53,873 bases of DNA from a virus (taxonomy: Duplodnaviria; Caudoviricetes): positions 1 through 53,873 of the IMG/VR virus record IMGVR_UViG_3300025131_008632; one strand, given 5' to 3'. The position numbers were made by a program, and so were the translations under genes. The notes under the pieces are model-generated. The model saw nothing but the letters and a program-made list of their open reading frames with translations. It was not told where the DNA came from and searched no databases. This document shows positions 20,101 through 27,691 of this stretch, in pieces (within the stretch, counting starts at the first letter, position 1; the number at the start of each line of letters is the position of its first letter).

Positions 20101-20597
20101 GTGAAGTTATAAACTATTTGCTTATCATTTAGGTAGTTTATCTCAACAACTTGATCTTGCACAATAGACTCAGATGAAGACCCATAAAGGAGTACGTTAT
20201 CCCCTGTATCAATTTTAGATGCTTGTACAAATATGCCATAATCTGGGCACCACACTGGATGTGACAGACTACAAACTAGCGTTGCGCCCGTAGCTGTAGT
20301 AATTGATATAATATCGACAGGTGTAGCAGAAGACATTGTTGCAATAACTGTATGGTATTTTGCAACTTCTATACTATCTTTAGAATAATTCCAGCCGCAT
20401 ACTGAGTCACCTATTTTTATCTTTTCTATGGGTGTGTAACCCGTATCTGTGAGTATTAAAGTTCCTGCAATGCAACATGCGTCGTCGCCTGTGTCTTCGA
20501 GGCTTCCTGAATGTCTATCAGAAGGCGAAGGATCTTCGCCTTCTACACTTGGAATAAAACCGAGCCCGAGCCCGAGCCCGCTGAGGTCTGGATACAT
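14157..20597 (-). CDS. 2146-aa acidic protein with an N-terminal Hint (intein-like/BIL) autoprocessing domain; remainder of unknown function, probably virion-associated
   Basis: Long uninterrupted ORF with a GAGGTG Shine-Dalgarno; residues 41-182 carry Hint motifs, followed by a His/Gly/Pro linker. Confidence 0.8.
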   Translation of the reverse strand: MYPDLSGLGLGLGFIPSVEGEDPSPSDRHSGSLEDTGDDACCIAGTLILTDTGYTPIEKIKIGDSVCGWNYSKDSIEVAKYHTVIATMSSATPVDIISITTATGATLVCSLSHPVWCPDYGIFVQASKIDTGDNVLLYGSSSESIVQDQVVEINYLNDKQIVYNFTVEHSHTYTANNILCHNVGHGHGDDDYDGKDIIMPDGHGHPPGGGGGGGPGGYATEPSTIDVEYMYGPTVYWVDSPYSDSLSESTPWDDASDYPSGDYTAIQLRTADSSIRNGNLPSIDPLTEYGMMKGVPEIIAVIDHLPTELDISGTYTEDPTSTENRYINAGDVFFSNGPSKLLRMQIMSGIFLRANINSLFSVFRLERAPATSPYSNIDWLAVPPSLYTLISHWDAVRKSGGRIFAGYAAQTSRNMYVKLGLQMGKSMQSRALNLPADTAFADGMNYNQLRADPTTYTTSFGGTVGRGSLASVRGEEATGNQVLGKYRVSQHSYESYMSDAEGGADFSRVGSLAAGRAGNTLESLFSMLHLSNRYRTLCETGIFIQLLQELRKLILDGSHQMSQTADHSGAGYRSIDYSLFNKFTIVDDLATTVSTAFAAKVIQVDELIQTDAFSGRWGSEDGSDYGATSIQQARENATGTGGGGAAWVTIGGIIPRGEDGDIGRITVDDLNYRLYGSGLLSNADDDGLLDVIPQGYEEALPSDHLEQLVYMFHFLNREFIMSTRWKLSGGTDGGWNSNGAIEDARRFNETITWSTPIQEAIDQIIGDNTGDIRHNTRDPDSFGAALNPDLTSTTDFGSPGGYHSALEEPGDQDRILPFEITDGNNYISGYSAYINDLADSFIKRDTHSDSDVLKAYSLQTWAEGFGRKQEDLSSFVRNLLMIGHIGRPIALVTDQTAVVSNHLLMRTVCLNICKFINNANIVDRILENPGSISAADSEYPGRVGFVPKRYEQTIQLDIIKSCMHDPNGYTRLEAYLRYRRQALETYDSAGDSYPKWPDFGDFEDGPSDGGSAGIGSGYEFGGGLQSTGTYGRMATSSAAYEGVQGLIDDIEEGAETDFGDVTYLNIDDETFWWEDYYAAFAFAYPRFTQAASDLAYFYVKNRNDYKLEHGTVGSSSTLRCATVYMQYDTNGQSKTRYGLMQTPVGAALIEQRGVEGTAGKMKPIWDYIIETWDDYVDAVRQMAVDLEANAGSEGNQFSDASRFAQGSASDYTANVNTWNRNISLETMRMLTWWTMSQMIYHYVARRSLSSIHFDSGTNIDSFQVKATADAGGVWNSLLDSDDWEVVGDDGAYIANSGHEDSDSWRYSDNEGLNVSSNTPFSFFYRMRYDAVESQCFLVSCINAFGAEFASQISDTIWNDNNSGAAYGSAGVYSSYIADMGNYWDGKSDISSLLDDARGIYELNTTGATLSEWYSESSWDQPFEAIPAMATCLVNEDLMILRILNAFNHVNDILNNRMSLGQEPGGSDTTSSTYKSHKEFVEYLRRYAFGTLDTGEPGPTAGTIDLDEDEQSRKIVKSIFNSMTPDAVATAYSILCDNFTLSTAYINNLSALPTPMMNINDASFNDVDGTASYAHLMPASETVSEANYAAIRWFQNGAKNKVQGDVDPLLGDINKKILVVGLPTGMLQELREKAEIDEQVYRQDAFTTSNFTYSSLIRIRVIKKSNDNPGIAYTPRTFYYDARLFYGEGGQPINPFTLQTNTTAADTTYASATYHKRLASIGEDNYSLAKGMVGVYAYSPDDPEISGGDLPAVRDYLRGMSNGPYDSYLYKFLRTPVERRVSDHLEGAGDKGLYHIAVESGITSNLDNFHSSGIRLRKFELGAAQDVESERIAGLNLDFDVDNKLVNDWANNVWNNYSHAIQGTHTSVTAEQDPTLDFFGGGDSASMTIGESLYGIESDPWVYDQLSGEYYKEATSTSSGTGERFAAQAVMNEVYSGILKQYIKMMSGFNVTERCFLNQNNYGGVLSYSPPIFTEYQNVLLKNRRPPSCFGGTDYYTTSLGISGGVTSGYMSVIDTAKLVLMSRAKDYLGNAISDISSLELQSMQTMMYRTLPISSDKFRNQALLPKKFDRTFCILIDPEEDFQPYNTTAEDDILNTMIEGGGELIMETTYTSAKGLMFSFLVDVAIVPMNSSSAQERAGAEGENIT
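20052..20477 (-). other. Hint domain (142 aa, no homing endonuclease); the residue after the terminal Asn is Val
   Basis: Block A CCIAGTLILTDTGYTPIEKIKIGDSV, block B CSLSHPVW, WVxA-like FVQASKIDTGDNV, block F/G VYNFTVEHSHTYTANNILCHN, then V. Confidence 0.9.
20520..20544. repeat. Perfect 11-bp inverted repeat with 3-nt loop inside the 5' end of the Hint-protein gene
   Basis: AGAAGGCGAAG-GAT-CTTCGCCTTCT. Confidence 0.85.
20560..20580. repeat. Hexanucleotide tandem repeat (CCGAGC, about 3.5 copies) encoding GLGLGLG
   Basis: ccgagcccgagcccgagcccg read directly from the sequence. Confidence 0.8.
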
Positions 20598-20654
20598 TAC
20601 AACACCTCAACTTTTTGAAAATTTGTTTGATAATAAAGTTTTTTCATAACAATT

Positions 20655-22625
20655 CTAGTCTCCAACAACAGCTACTTGACCTGCTTTGACAGTCTCACCC
20701 TGTGTAAAGTCTAACATGACAGGTGTAATCGTGTAGGTAATAACACCTGGGACTGTCTTTTGTGTTCTATCTACAAAAATAAAATTCTTTGAATCGGTCT
20801 TTGTATGATGACACACACCACAAGGATATACATACCCTGATCTAGAAGCCCTAATGATAAAGTGATCAACTGAGGCTTTTCCTTGTGTTCTCCAACTTAA
20901 GGTGACATCACCAAACTCGTTAGATGAAACTCCAGTTGAGACTATTTTTATTTTATTTGCCTGTGGAATCGCAACAGGAATTATTTTAATATTTCCTGTC
21001 TTACCAAAACCCAAAGAACCGTTCGCATGATTTCTAATTATCGCCGGGCCTGTTGATATAGTACTGTGAACCAATGCTTGCGAAGAAAAGAACTTACTTT
21101 GATTGTTAGCTTTAAATTTAGATTTTTCTGCAGTTTGTGCTTTTCCTATATTGGGAGAGTTTTGATAAGATTTTTTCTGTCGTATTGCTCGTGTATTTTT
21201 TAACTCTTCTATAATTTGTTCTGGATCTTTGCAAATAAGCTCAATGTGGTACTCATATGCAAAGGCTCGATGGGGCATATCAATCTTCTTTTTCTTTCCG
21301 CCTGTGTCAGAAAATGTTCCCATAGGATAAAAACCAAAATCATCTTCTTGACCTGTTGTTGTATTTTTTCTAATAACGTGAAAGTAATAAAGTTTTTTAC
21401 GCATAGACTTGGCATCTTTAATGTCATCTTTATAATCGCTTGCTAAGCCTGATTTTCGAAGTGCTTGAAAAATAATACTCTCAGGTGATTTTTGTGTTGA
21501 CGACACTCCCATGTTAAATCTTACACCAAACTGGCCCCTTTTATTCGGCGGCGTTGTTACAAATCTACCGGTCACAATATCAGGTGTAGGAAATGTCTGC
21601 ACTTTTTTTGTCCTTGAACTATGTTTACTAAACACTTTATTTCCATCAGGTGTCAAAAATAAAAGTTTGTACTCATATGAATCGTTTAACTGGACAGCTT
21701 CATCTTGATAATCAATCTGAACAGTACTATTGTTGACGTGTTTGAAATCAGTCAATATTTTAAATTTTCTCTCACCTGCTGAAATATTTTTTCTTGTCAA
21801 ACAAGCAAAACTTGCTATTCCTACAATGTTTGTTGCCTTGACAAAAATACCCGTTTCATTGTTATAACTTTGTAATACACCGTGAATTAAATCTTCTGAC
21901 GTAGTTTGCTTTCTTGATGTAAATGGTCTGACAATGACGTCTGTAAAGAGGCCTGATGATCTATTTTGACAAAAGGGTACAGCGCGTACAATTGAAGTAC
22001 CCTCTATGGGTATGCCAAGTTCTTCAATTTTAACACCGTCTTGTTTTCTAATATTTATTTCTTGTATCTCTCTATACGAAGTCCCGCCCGTAATAGAGAT
22101 GATTCTATAGTATAATTTAACCAATGTTGCAACTGGGTCTTGTTGCGTCACACTTACATACACTGTACCGTCTTCTCCCAATGATGTTGATATTAGTGGA
22201 GGTACGGTTACAGTCAGATACCTTTTAAGGTGAAGATTGTGGTTTATTTCTTTAAATTTTCTATCTAGGGGGATGCTTCTAGAATCTTTTGCTGTGATAT
22301 CTAAAGTAAAGCTTGTGCCAACCAGCCGGGTCGTAGATATATCGACTTGACTGCTTACTCTAAAAGTTTCAGTAGTGTTTGGAACCATTACAGGAACGTA
22401 AGGAATGTTTCCAAGTTCAGTTACTGTTAATGTTGCATTACTTGTTATGCTTACATCTCGCATAACTTGTGCTGCTGCCATAATATCTGGATTTGCAATA
22501 GCAGGATATTGAATTGAAACTTCTTCAGGTGTAGTTACCTGGCTACCGTTACTAGAAGCTACAGTTGTTGATTCTGAAGAAGCACCTACATGATGAGAAT
22601 TTCCTAAATGGGGTTGCGCTGGCAT
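20655..22625 (-). CDS. Beta-rich putative virion protein with FN3/Ig-like modules and a basic C-terminal half
   Basis: DYQDEAVQLNDSYEYKL and VTLSW...FIFVD...ITYTITPV segments; lies in the structural operon. Confidence 0.5.
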   Translation of the reverse strand: MPAQPHLGNSHHVGASSESTTVASSNGSQVTTPEEVSIQYPAIANPDIMAAAQVMRDVSITSNATLTVTELGNIPYVPVMVPNTTETFRVSSQVDISTTRLVGTSFTLDITAKDSRSIPLDRKFKEINHNLHLKRYLTVTVPPLISTSLGEDGTVYVSVTQQDPVATLVKLYYRIISITGGTSYREIQEINIRKQDGVKIEELGIPIEGTSIVRAVPFCQNRSSGLFTDVIVRPFTSRKQTTSEDLIHGVLQSYNNETGIFVKATNIVGIASFACLTRKNISAGERKFKILTDFKHVNNSTVQIDYQDEAVQLNDSYEYKLLFLTPDGNKVFSKHSSRTKKVQTFPTPDIVTGRFVTTPPNKRGQFGVRFNMGVSSTQKSPESIIFQALRKSGLASDYKDDIKDAKSMRKKLYYFHVIRKNTTTGQEDDFGFYPMGTFSDTGGKKKKIDMPHRAFAYEYHIELICKDPEQIIEELKNTRAIRQKKSYQNSPNIGKAQTAEKSKFKANNQSKFFSSQALVHSTISTGPAIIRNHANGSLGFGKTGNIKIIPVAIPQANKIKIVSTGVSSNEFGDVTLSWRTQGKASVDHFIIRASRSGYVYPCGVCHHTKTDSKNFIFVDRTQKTVPGVITYTITPVMLDFTQGETVKAGQVAVVGD

Positions 22626-22626
22626 T

Positions 22627-23733
22627 TTATGATCCGTTGTATTTTAAATTAGAAGTACCTTGAAAGTTTTGCATAACAGACACAACTGTGTTATCAACAT
22701 TGACAGGTATGGCAGCACTAGGTGCTATCCCATAATCATAAATTAGTCTAAACGCTGCTGTTTTAAAATCAGATAGGAAAACATTAGTACCCTTAAACGC
22801 ACTAAACCTTGTATTAAAGTTAGAAATTCCTTTCCCTACTGCATGCATCTTATTGTTAACCCCTTGATTGTTATTTGTAGCCTTAGGTGAGTTTCCTGAG
22901 CCTCGACTATACGACCTACCACCTGGTTGAAGACCCGGCGAAAGACCCGCTGTGTCATTAATGACTGATGTTAAACTTGGGCCTCCCGATTGCTGAGAAT
23001 TTGTAGTTGCTCTAGGCTTTACGAGTTTTATAACAGGATCGCCCGTATAAAATGAGACATTCAAACCGGAGCTTCCTAGTAGTGGTGTAAATAGTGAAAG
23101 TTTTCCTGATGCTTTTATTGTTGTTGAAAGCTCATCCATTTTATTTTTAAAATTATTAGAAATTCTTGTATCAATAAAGCCGGTGACAGGGAAGTTTTCA
23201 CTTGCAATATTGAAAATAAGCTTACCTACATCTTTATTAATGAGAAAACTACGATATATTTTTTCAAAATTTAAAACTGCTGATAGCGTTGTTGAATTCT
23301 GGTCTGGAAAATTAGATATCGATGCACCTTGCATGCTAAAGTCTCCGCCAAAACCAGGTAAACTATTGTTATTTGATAAGGATGCTTGCTCTTCTACTGT
23401 AAATCCCCCGCCAGGACTAGACGGCGGCTGATAACCTGTATCAATCATATCAGCATGACCAGTAGGTCCACCTGCTGTATTTTGTATATAATTCATATGG
23501 TTCAAAGACTCAGCCGATAGATTGCTGGGCATGTCTTTTTTTGGTCCGCTAGGTTGGACTTGTGCATATAGAGTTGTAATATCATACGATAAAGCAAGCG
23601 ATGTATCAACTGTAATAGAAAACTCATATGTGAATATAGTGTCTCCATCAATTGTGGTTTCCATCGACACAATTTTTGCGTGCCTAGATTTAAAACTTAC
23701 AGCGTTTATTTTGGGTGTTGAAGTTTGTAACAT
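22627..23733 (-). CDS. Hypothetical protein (Ser/Asn/Gly-rich) in the structural module
   Basis: 368-aa ORF tightly packed between neighbours; no recognisable motif. Confidence 0.6.
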   Translation of the reverse strand: MLQTSTPKINAVSFKSRHAKIVSMETTIDGDTIFTYEFSITVDTSLALSYDITTLYAQVQPSGPKKDMPSNLSAESLNHMNYIQNTAGGPTGHADMIDTGYQPPSSPGGGFTVEEQASLSNNNSLPGFGGDFSMQGASISNFPDQNSTTLSAVLNFEKIYRSFLINKDVGKLIFNIASENFPVTGFIDTRISNNFKNKMDELSTTIKASGKLSLFTPLLGSSGLNVSFYTGDPVIKLVKPRATTNSQQSGGPSLTSVINDTAGLSPGLQPGGRSYSRGSGNSPKATNNNQGVNNKMHAVGKGISNFNTRFSAFKGTNVFLSDFKTAAFRLIYDYGIAPSAAIPVNVDNTVVSVMQNFQGTSNLKYNGS

Positions 23734-23736
23734 TAT

Positions 23737-24978
23737 TTAATCATCCCTCAGCCCAGATCTATCTGGAGTCTCAAGACCAGGCAAAGCATTGAAGTGTTTT
23801 ACGGCGATATTGTCGGCGTCAAAAGAATGGCCGATGCTACGAAGCTTCATTTCTAATTCATCTCGCCCTCCGTCCTGAACCCAATCGAATTCGGAGATAC
23901 CCTTGCTATTCCAAAAAACAAGTGTGTATATCTTGACAAATGAAGGTATGCCTACACTATCAATAAAATTCTTTCCTACATAAACAATTCTGGCTGTGAA
24001 TGGTGTAGAAGCCACACCAGCATCCGTGGGTGAATATGTCCAGTAGCCTGTATCCATCATGTCAAGCTTTGTCATTTTTGTATCATTTTTAGCTATCTCA
24101 AACATTTGACAAGCTATGTTCATATCAGGTGTTCCTGACCCTAGAAGTGAAACAGTCTTCATCGGGTTAGCTGTACTGACCATTTCACCTGGAGCTCCGA
24201 GTCCACCACAGCACGCATCAAGTTCTTCTTCAATCGGTGCAAGCCTGTTACCTTCTAACTGTGGGGACCCTCTATATATGTGCTTTATGGCGTCTTGGAG
24301 CGATTTCATCTGAGTACCACTTGTTAAGTCAGGCCACATCTGGAACGGGGGAGCAAACACTCTCTTTTTTCCCGCTGTATCTTTGTAAATAGGCGGTATG
24401 TAATCTGCATGTCTTGTAAATTGCAAAAGTTCGTTGAAAGGCATGGGCTGTAGATCATCAATACTAGGTGTGTAAGTTGGATCTTCTGCAGGCTCAAGGT
24501 CATTAGTTGTAAAAGATACATAATCAACGTTTATACCAAAAGATGAAGATACGTCTGTTTCAGGCCATGTTCCCACGAGAAATTGTTTGCTAAAGTTATT
24601 TATAGTTTGTTCAAGTAAACTTGCTGTTATAGAAGCAAAGACATCTGGGCTGACAACTTTTGTTATCCTTCCGCTAGATGACGCCTTAAAAACACTTCCT
24701 TCGGCATCTAACTCTAAATCTCCACCACCGAAGTTTAAGATATTTCCAGAGTTATCAGTTTCATAACATATCTGATCTTGTGGTAACGAAGTTGCTTCAA
24801 GAAACAATCTATCACTAGCGTTTGCTGATCCGCTTGCAACATCACCCTCATAGTATGTGTGTCTATCTGTAAAAGAAGCAAACTCTATCTTCATCTTACC
24901 AGAAGACATTTGTCGTCGCCCTTCTTCAGTGACGACAACATCCATGATTCTCATCTTATTATCTAGGATCCCAGCCAT
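23737..24978 (-). CDS. Virion structural protein; N-terminus paralogous to 10787-11497
   Basis: MAGILDNKMRIMDVVVTEEGRRQMSSGKMKIEFASFTD...LFLEA aligns by eye with MGLLDQSTNNVILDAVLTDVGRELLARNDGSFNIVKFAFSD...PVLEA. Confidence 0.65.
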   Translation of the reverse strand: MAGILDNKMRIMDVVVTEEGRRQMSSGKMKIEFASFTDRHTYYEGDVASGSANASDRLFLEATSLPQDQICYETDNSGNILNFGGGDLELDAEGSVFKASSSGRITKVVSPDVFASITASLLEQTINNFSKQFLVGTWPETDVSSSFGINVDYVSFTTNDLEPAEDPTYTPSIDDLQPMPFNELLQFTRHADYIPPIYKDTAGKKRVFAPPFQMWPDLTSGTQMKSLQDAIKHIYRGSPQLEGNRLAPIEEELDACCGGLGAPGEMVSTANPMKTVSLLGSGTPDMNIACQMFEIAKNDTKMTKLDMMDTGYWTYSPTDAGVASTPFTARIVYVGKNFIDSVGIPSFVKIYTLVFWNSKGISEFDWVQDGGRDELEMKLRSIGHSFDADNIAVKHFNALPGLETPDRSGLRDD

Positions 24979-24998
24979 AATTTTCTATCTCTCTTCAT

Positions 24999-25005
24999 TA
25001 ATTAT
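24999..25005 (-). promoter_or_regulatory. Putative late promoter ATAATTA
   Basis: 20 nt upstream of ATG 24978 in an intergenic gap. Confidence 0.55.
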
Positions 25006-25035
25006 GGTACAAAAGTTTTTTTAGGATGTGAAATT

Positions 25036-25851
25036 TTAAGTACCAGGTCTAAGTGTTGACGCACCTTGATATGAAAGTAAAGGACTTACTCTGTAATATA
25101 GGCGTACAGAAAATTCTGAGTTTGCATTTTTTGCAGAATGTCGACCAATACCTACAGAAAGTGCTGCGTCTACTGTCGGCCTTGAACTCATTGACCCACC
25201 CCAACCTGCTGTACCTTCAGAAACTCTATATCTTTCAATTTCTCCACTAGAGTTATATCCATCTGTAAAATATCTAAACACAGGATAATCTGTTCCACTA
25301 TCTGTTGTTGACATACCGCCTCTAAGATAAACCATTGCAGAATCTTGTGTAGCTAGTGTAAAACCACCACCTCTTGTGACTGTTCCAATCTTTGGCCCAG
25401 AAGAATGATTCCATATTACTATTGAACCTGCAAGACCCTGCTCTCCATCGACAGCAAAATTAACATTCCCGTCAGTAAGACATATTGCAAAAAAACATGT
25501 ATTATTATCTGTTGTACCAGGTGTGTCTGTCCACTCTATAAAAAAATCAAGATTGAATTGTTCGTTAAGCTTATAAGTTGTTCCGTCTTGCTTTAGTAGG
25601 GGGAAAGTGTAAGCTGCAGCATTATTTGACGTTGTAGTTGTTCCGCCGCCGAGTCGTGCTGAGCCTGAATTAATATTAACTGTATTTACATCTCCTGACA
25701 CGGACAATGTCTCTATTACAGTTGTACCGTCTGATTGCCTTGTTGTTCTACTACCTGTTGCTTCTGTTAAGATAAGCGGTCTCCATTCACCGATATCTCT
25801 AAGTTTTAATACACCTGCTTCATTGAATAATGCTCTATTATTTGATGACAT
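25036..25851 (-). CDS. Hypothetical beta-rich protein, candidate fibre-associated receptor-binding/lectin-like protein
   Basis: TAATG overlap with the fibre gene; Thr/Gly/Ser-rich with short beta-strand-like segments. Confidence 0.5.
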   Translation of the reverse strand: MSSNNRALFNEAGVLKLRDIGEWRPLILTEATGSRTTRQSDGTTVIETLSVSGDVNTVNINSGSARLGGGTTTTSNNAAAYTFPLLKQDGTTYKLNEQFNLDFFIEWTDTPGTTDNNTCFFAICLTDGNVNFAVDGEQGLAGSIVIWNHSSGPKIGTVTRGGGFTLATQDSAMVYLRGGMSTTDSGTDYPVFRYFTDGYNSSGEIERYRVSEGTAGWGGSMSSRPTVDAALSVGIGRHSAKNANSEFSVRLYYRVSPLLSYQGASTLRPGT

Positions 25852-27689
25852 TATGCTACCCCATTAACATACCAGTTAGAACCGTCTGAAAACAAACTAA
25901 CTGTGCCTGAACTTACTAGTATTTGCAAAGAATCAGCACCATCGATTTTTTCACTACCGTTTGTCACAATATTAATTGCTTTGGCAGAAGCTGATGCATA
26001 GCCGCCTATATCTTTTATTATTAATAATCTGCCCGCTCCCGCAGTAGCTGCTCCAGGTAATGTTGTTGTAACAGCGCCAGCTGACGTATTAACACCTACT
26101 ATATAATCAGTGGTTGCAACGCTATAACCATTTTGAGAATCATCTGTTGATACATACTTGACATTTAAGGCGCCTGTAAGATGAAGTGCGCTTCCATTAA
26201 ATCTAAGATTTGACTGCACAGTAGCTTCATCTGCGTCTTTAAATGTTGCTATTCCGTCAACAGTAGAACCATCCCAAGAAATTCCGCCAGAGCCGCCTGA
26301 TGACGCAATTGTCACCTGTCCATTAGAAGCAGACGTAATTGTGATATTTGATCCTGCAGCTAAGTATGATGTACCGTCGGTCAGCCTTGTAAGCGACCCA
26401 CTATAACCCAGTGAAGCACTTACAACGCCTCTTACTCCTAGAGTTGCACCCGGTGTATTTGTACCAATACCTACTCTATCTGAACTACCTTGAACAAATA
26501 GTGTATTGTCATCTCCGTTTGTCCTGACCTGGAAATCAACATCGCCACCGTCGCCGATCTTTACGATATCCTGTCCAGCCTCAGATATGGTAATAAGTTG
26601 TTCGCCACCAGCCGTAATTCCGATAGCATCATCAGCAAACTGGATAAAAGTATCAGTGTCACCTGTGTGAATTATTTTTTCTGAAATGCTTACATCACCC
26701 GTGACAGTGAGGTTATCATTTACTGTAGTTTCAGATGTTGAGTGCCCAATACTTACTGCGACGCCGCTATTAGCAGTACCTAAACTTAAAGTTCCACCGG
26801 AGTTTATGGTTGTAACTCCAACTGTATCAATTTGCAAAACACCTGCATCAATATCTACAATCTCAGCTGCATCAATGTCTATCCCGCCAGATGAGTCTAT
26901 ATTGATTGCATCAGCTGATGTTTCAGTAGCACTAAGATTTATTGAGCCACCTGTATTTTTAATGGTAATATCTTCACCGGCTGTCCCAACGGCGTCAATT
27001 TGTATACCACCTGCTGATGCTAACATTTGGATTGCATTACCATCGCCTGAATTTAATGAAGATGTTAAATGAATCTTTCCTGTAGAAGTATTTTGATATC
27101 CGCCCGTTCCAGAATCAATATCTATTCCTCCTGCTGCATTATCTGTAATAAGTGAAATTGCATTAGCCGCAGCACCAGAGCCTGTTATAGCTAGCCTAGT
27201 ATCAGAATCAAAAACTAAATACCCGTCGTCAGGCGAGTGAACAAATAAACCAGAATCTCTAAATTGGAGTTTCGTTGTTGTACCTACTAAAAGATCAGTG
27301 TCATCCCATGTAAATGCTGATATTCCTCCAAAGGCTCCGCCGTTATTATATTGAAGCTGTGTGTCACTACCCCCAGGGGATCCGGAGCCGCCAGCAGCTG
27401 TGATAGTAATCTGACCGTTTGACTCAGATGTTATCGTAACATTGGTTCCTGCAGAAAGATATGATCTACCATCAACCAATCTAGTCAATGATCCAGAGAT
27501 ACCAAGTGATGACTCAATTGTGCCACTAACATTAAAAGTCCCTGATGAAAAAGGTTCTGCAGCCAAACCTATTTGCATACCGTTTGGGAAAACAACTCTT
27601 TTAATATCTCCTGTTTCTTCATCAAAAATTATATAAGAACTTAGCTTTTTAAGTTCTTTTTCAGAAGCGTATACCTTGGAAAGAGACAC
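25851..27689 (-). CDS. Tail fibre-like protein
   Basis: PGGSDTQLQYNNGGAFGG, short beta repeats (GGIDID, GGIQID), RVGIGTNTP, and a C-terminal TTDYIVGVNT...TTTLP...LIIKD...IDG...LFSDGSNWYV domain typical of phage fibres; duplicated 43-aa module. Confidence 0.75.
   Translation of the reverse strand: MSLSKVYASEKELKKLSSYIIFDEETGDIKRVVFPNGMQIGLAAEPFSSGTFNVSGTIESSLGISGSLTRLVDGRSYLSAGTNVTITSESNGQITITAAGGSGSPGGSDTQLQYNNGGAFGGISAFTWDDTDLLVGTTTKLQFRDSGLFVHSPDDGYLVFDSDTRLAITGSGAAANAISLITDNAAGGIDIDSGTGGYQNTSTGKIHLTSSLNSGDGNAIQMLASAGGIQIDAVGTAGEDITIKNTGGSINLSATETSADAINIDSSGGIDIDAAEIVDIDAGVLQIDTVGVTTINSGGTLSLGTANSGVAVSIGHSTSETTVNDNLTVTGDVSISEKIIHTGDTDTFIQFADDAIGITAGGEQLITISEAGQDIVKIGDGGDVDFQVRTNGDDNTLFVQGSSDRVGIGTNTPGATLGVRGVVSASLGYSGSLTRLTDGTSYLAAGSNITITSASNGQVTIASSGGSGGISWDGSTVDGIATFKDADEATVQSNLRFNGSALHLTGALNVKYVSTDDSQNGYSVATTDYIVGVNTSAGAVTTTLPGAATAGAGRLLIIKDIGGYASASAKAINIVTNGSEKIDGADSLQILVSSGTVSLFSDGSNWYVNGVA
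26287..27509 (-). repeat. Internal duplication of an about 43-codon module in the fibre gene (copies at about 27383-27509 and 26287-26414)
   Basis: SLGISGSLTRLVDGRSYLSAGTNVTITSESNGQITITAAGGSG versus SLGYSGSLTRLTDGTSYLAAGSNITITSASNGQVTIASSGGSG. Confidence 0.9.
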
Positions 27690-27691
27690 GA

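Noticed and set aside
20052-20477. Canonical mobile intein
   Set aside because: There is no homing endonuclease, the +1 residue is Val, and the insertion is not in a conserved enzyme motif. It is reported as a BIL-like Hint domain instead.
20655-23733. Frameshift-split single gene (368 aa + 656 aa, 1-nt gap)
   Set aside because: TAA-A-ATG spacing matches the tight coupling seen throughout the window and no slippery site is evident. It cannot be fully excluded without homologs.
26287-27509. Diversity-generating retroelement template/variable repeat pair in the fibre gene
   Set aside because: Both copies are in frame within one gene, differences are mostly synonymous and not adenine-specific, and no reverse transcriptase is present in the window.
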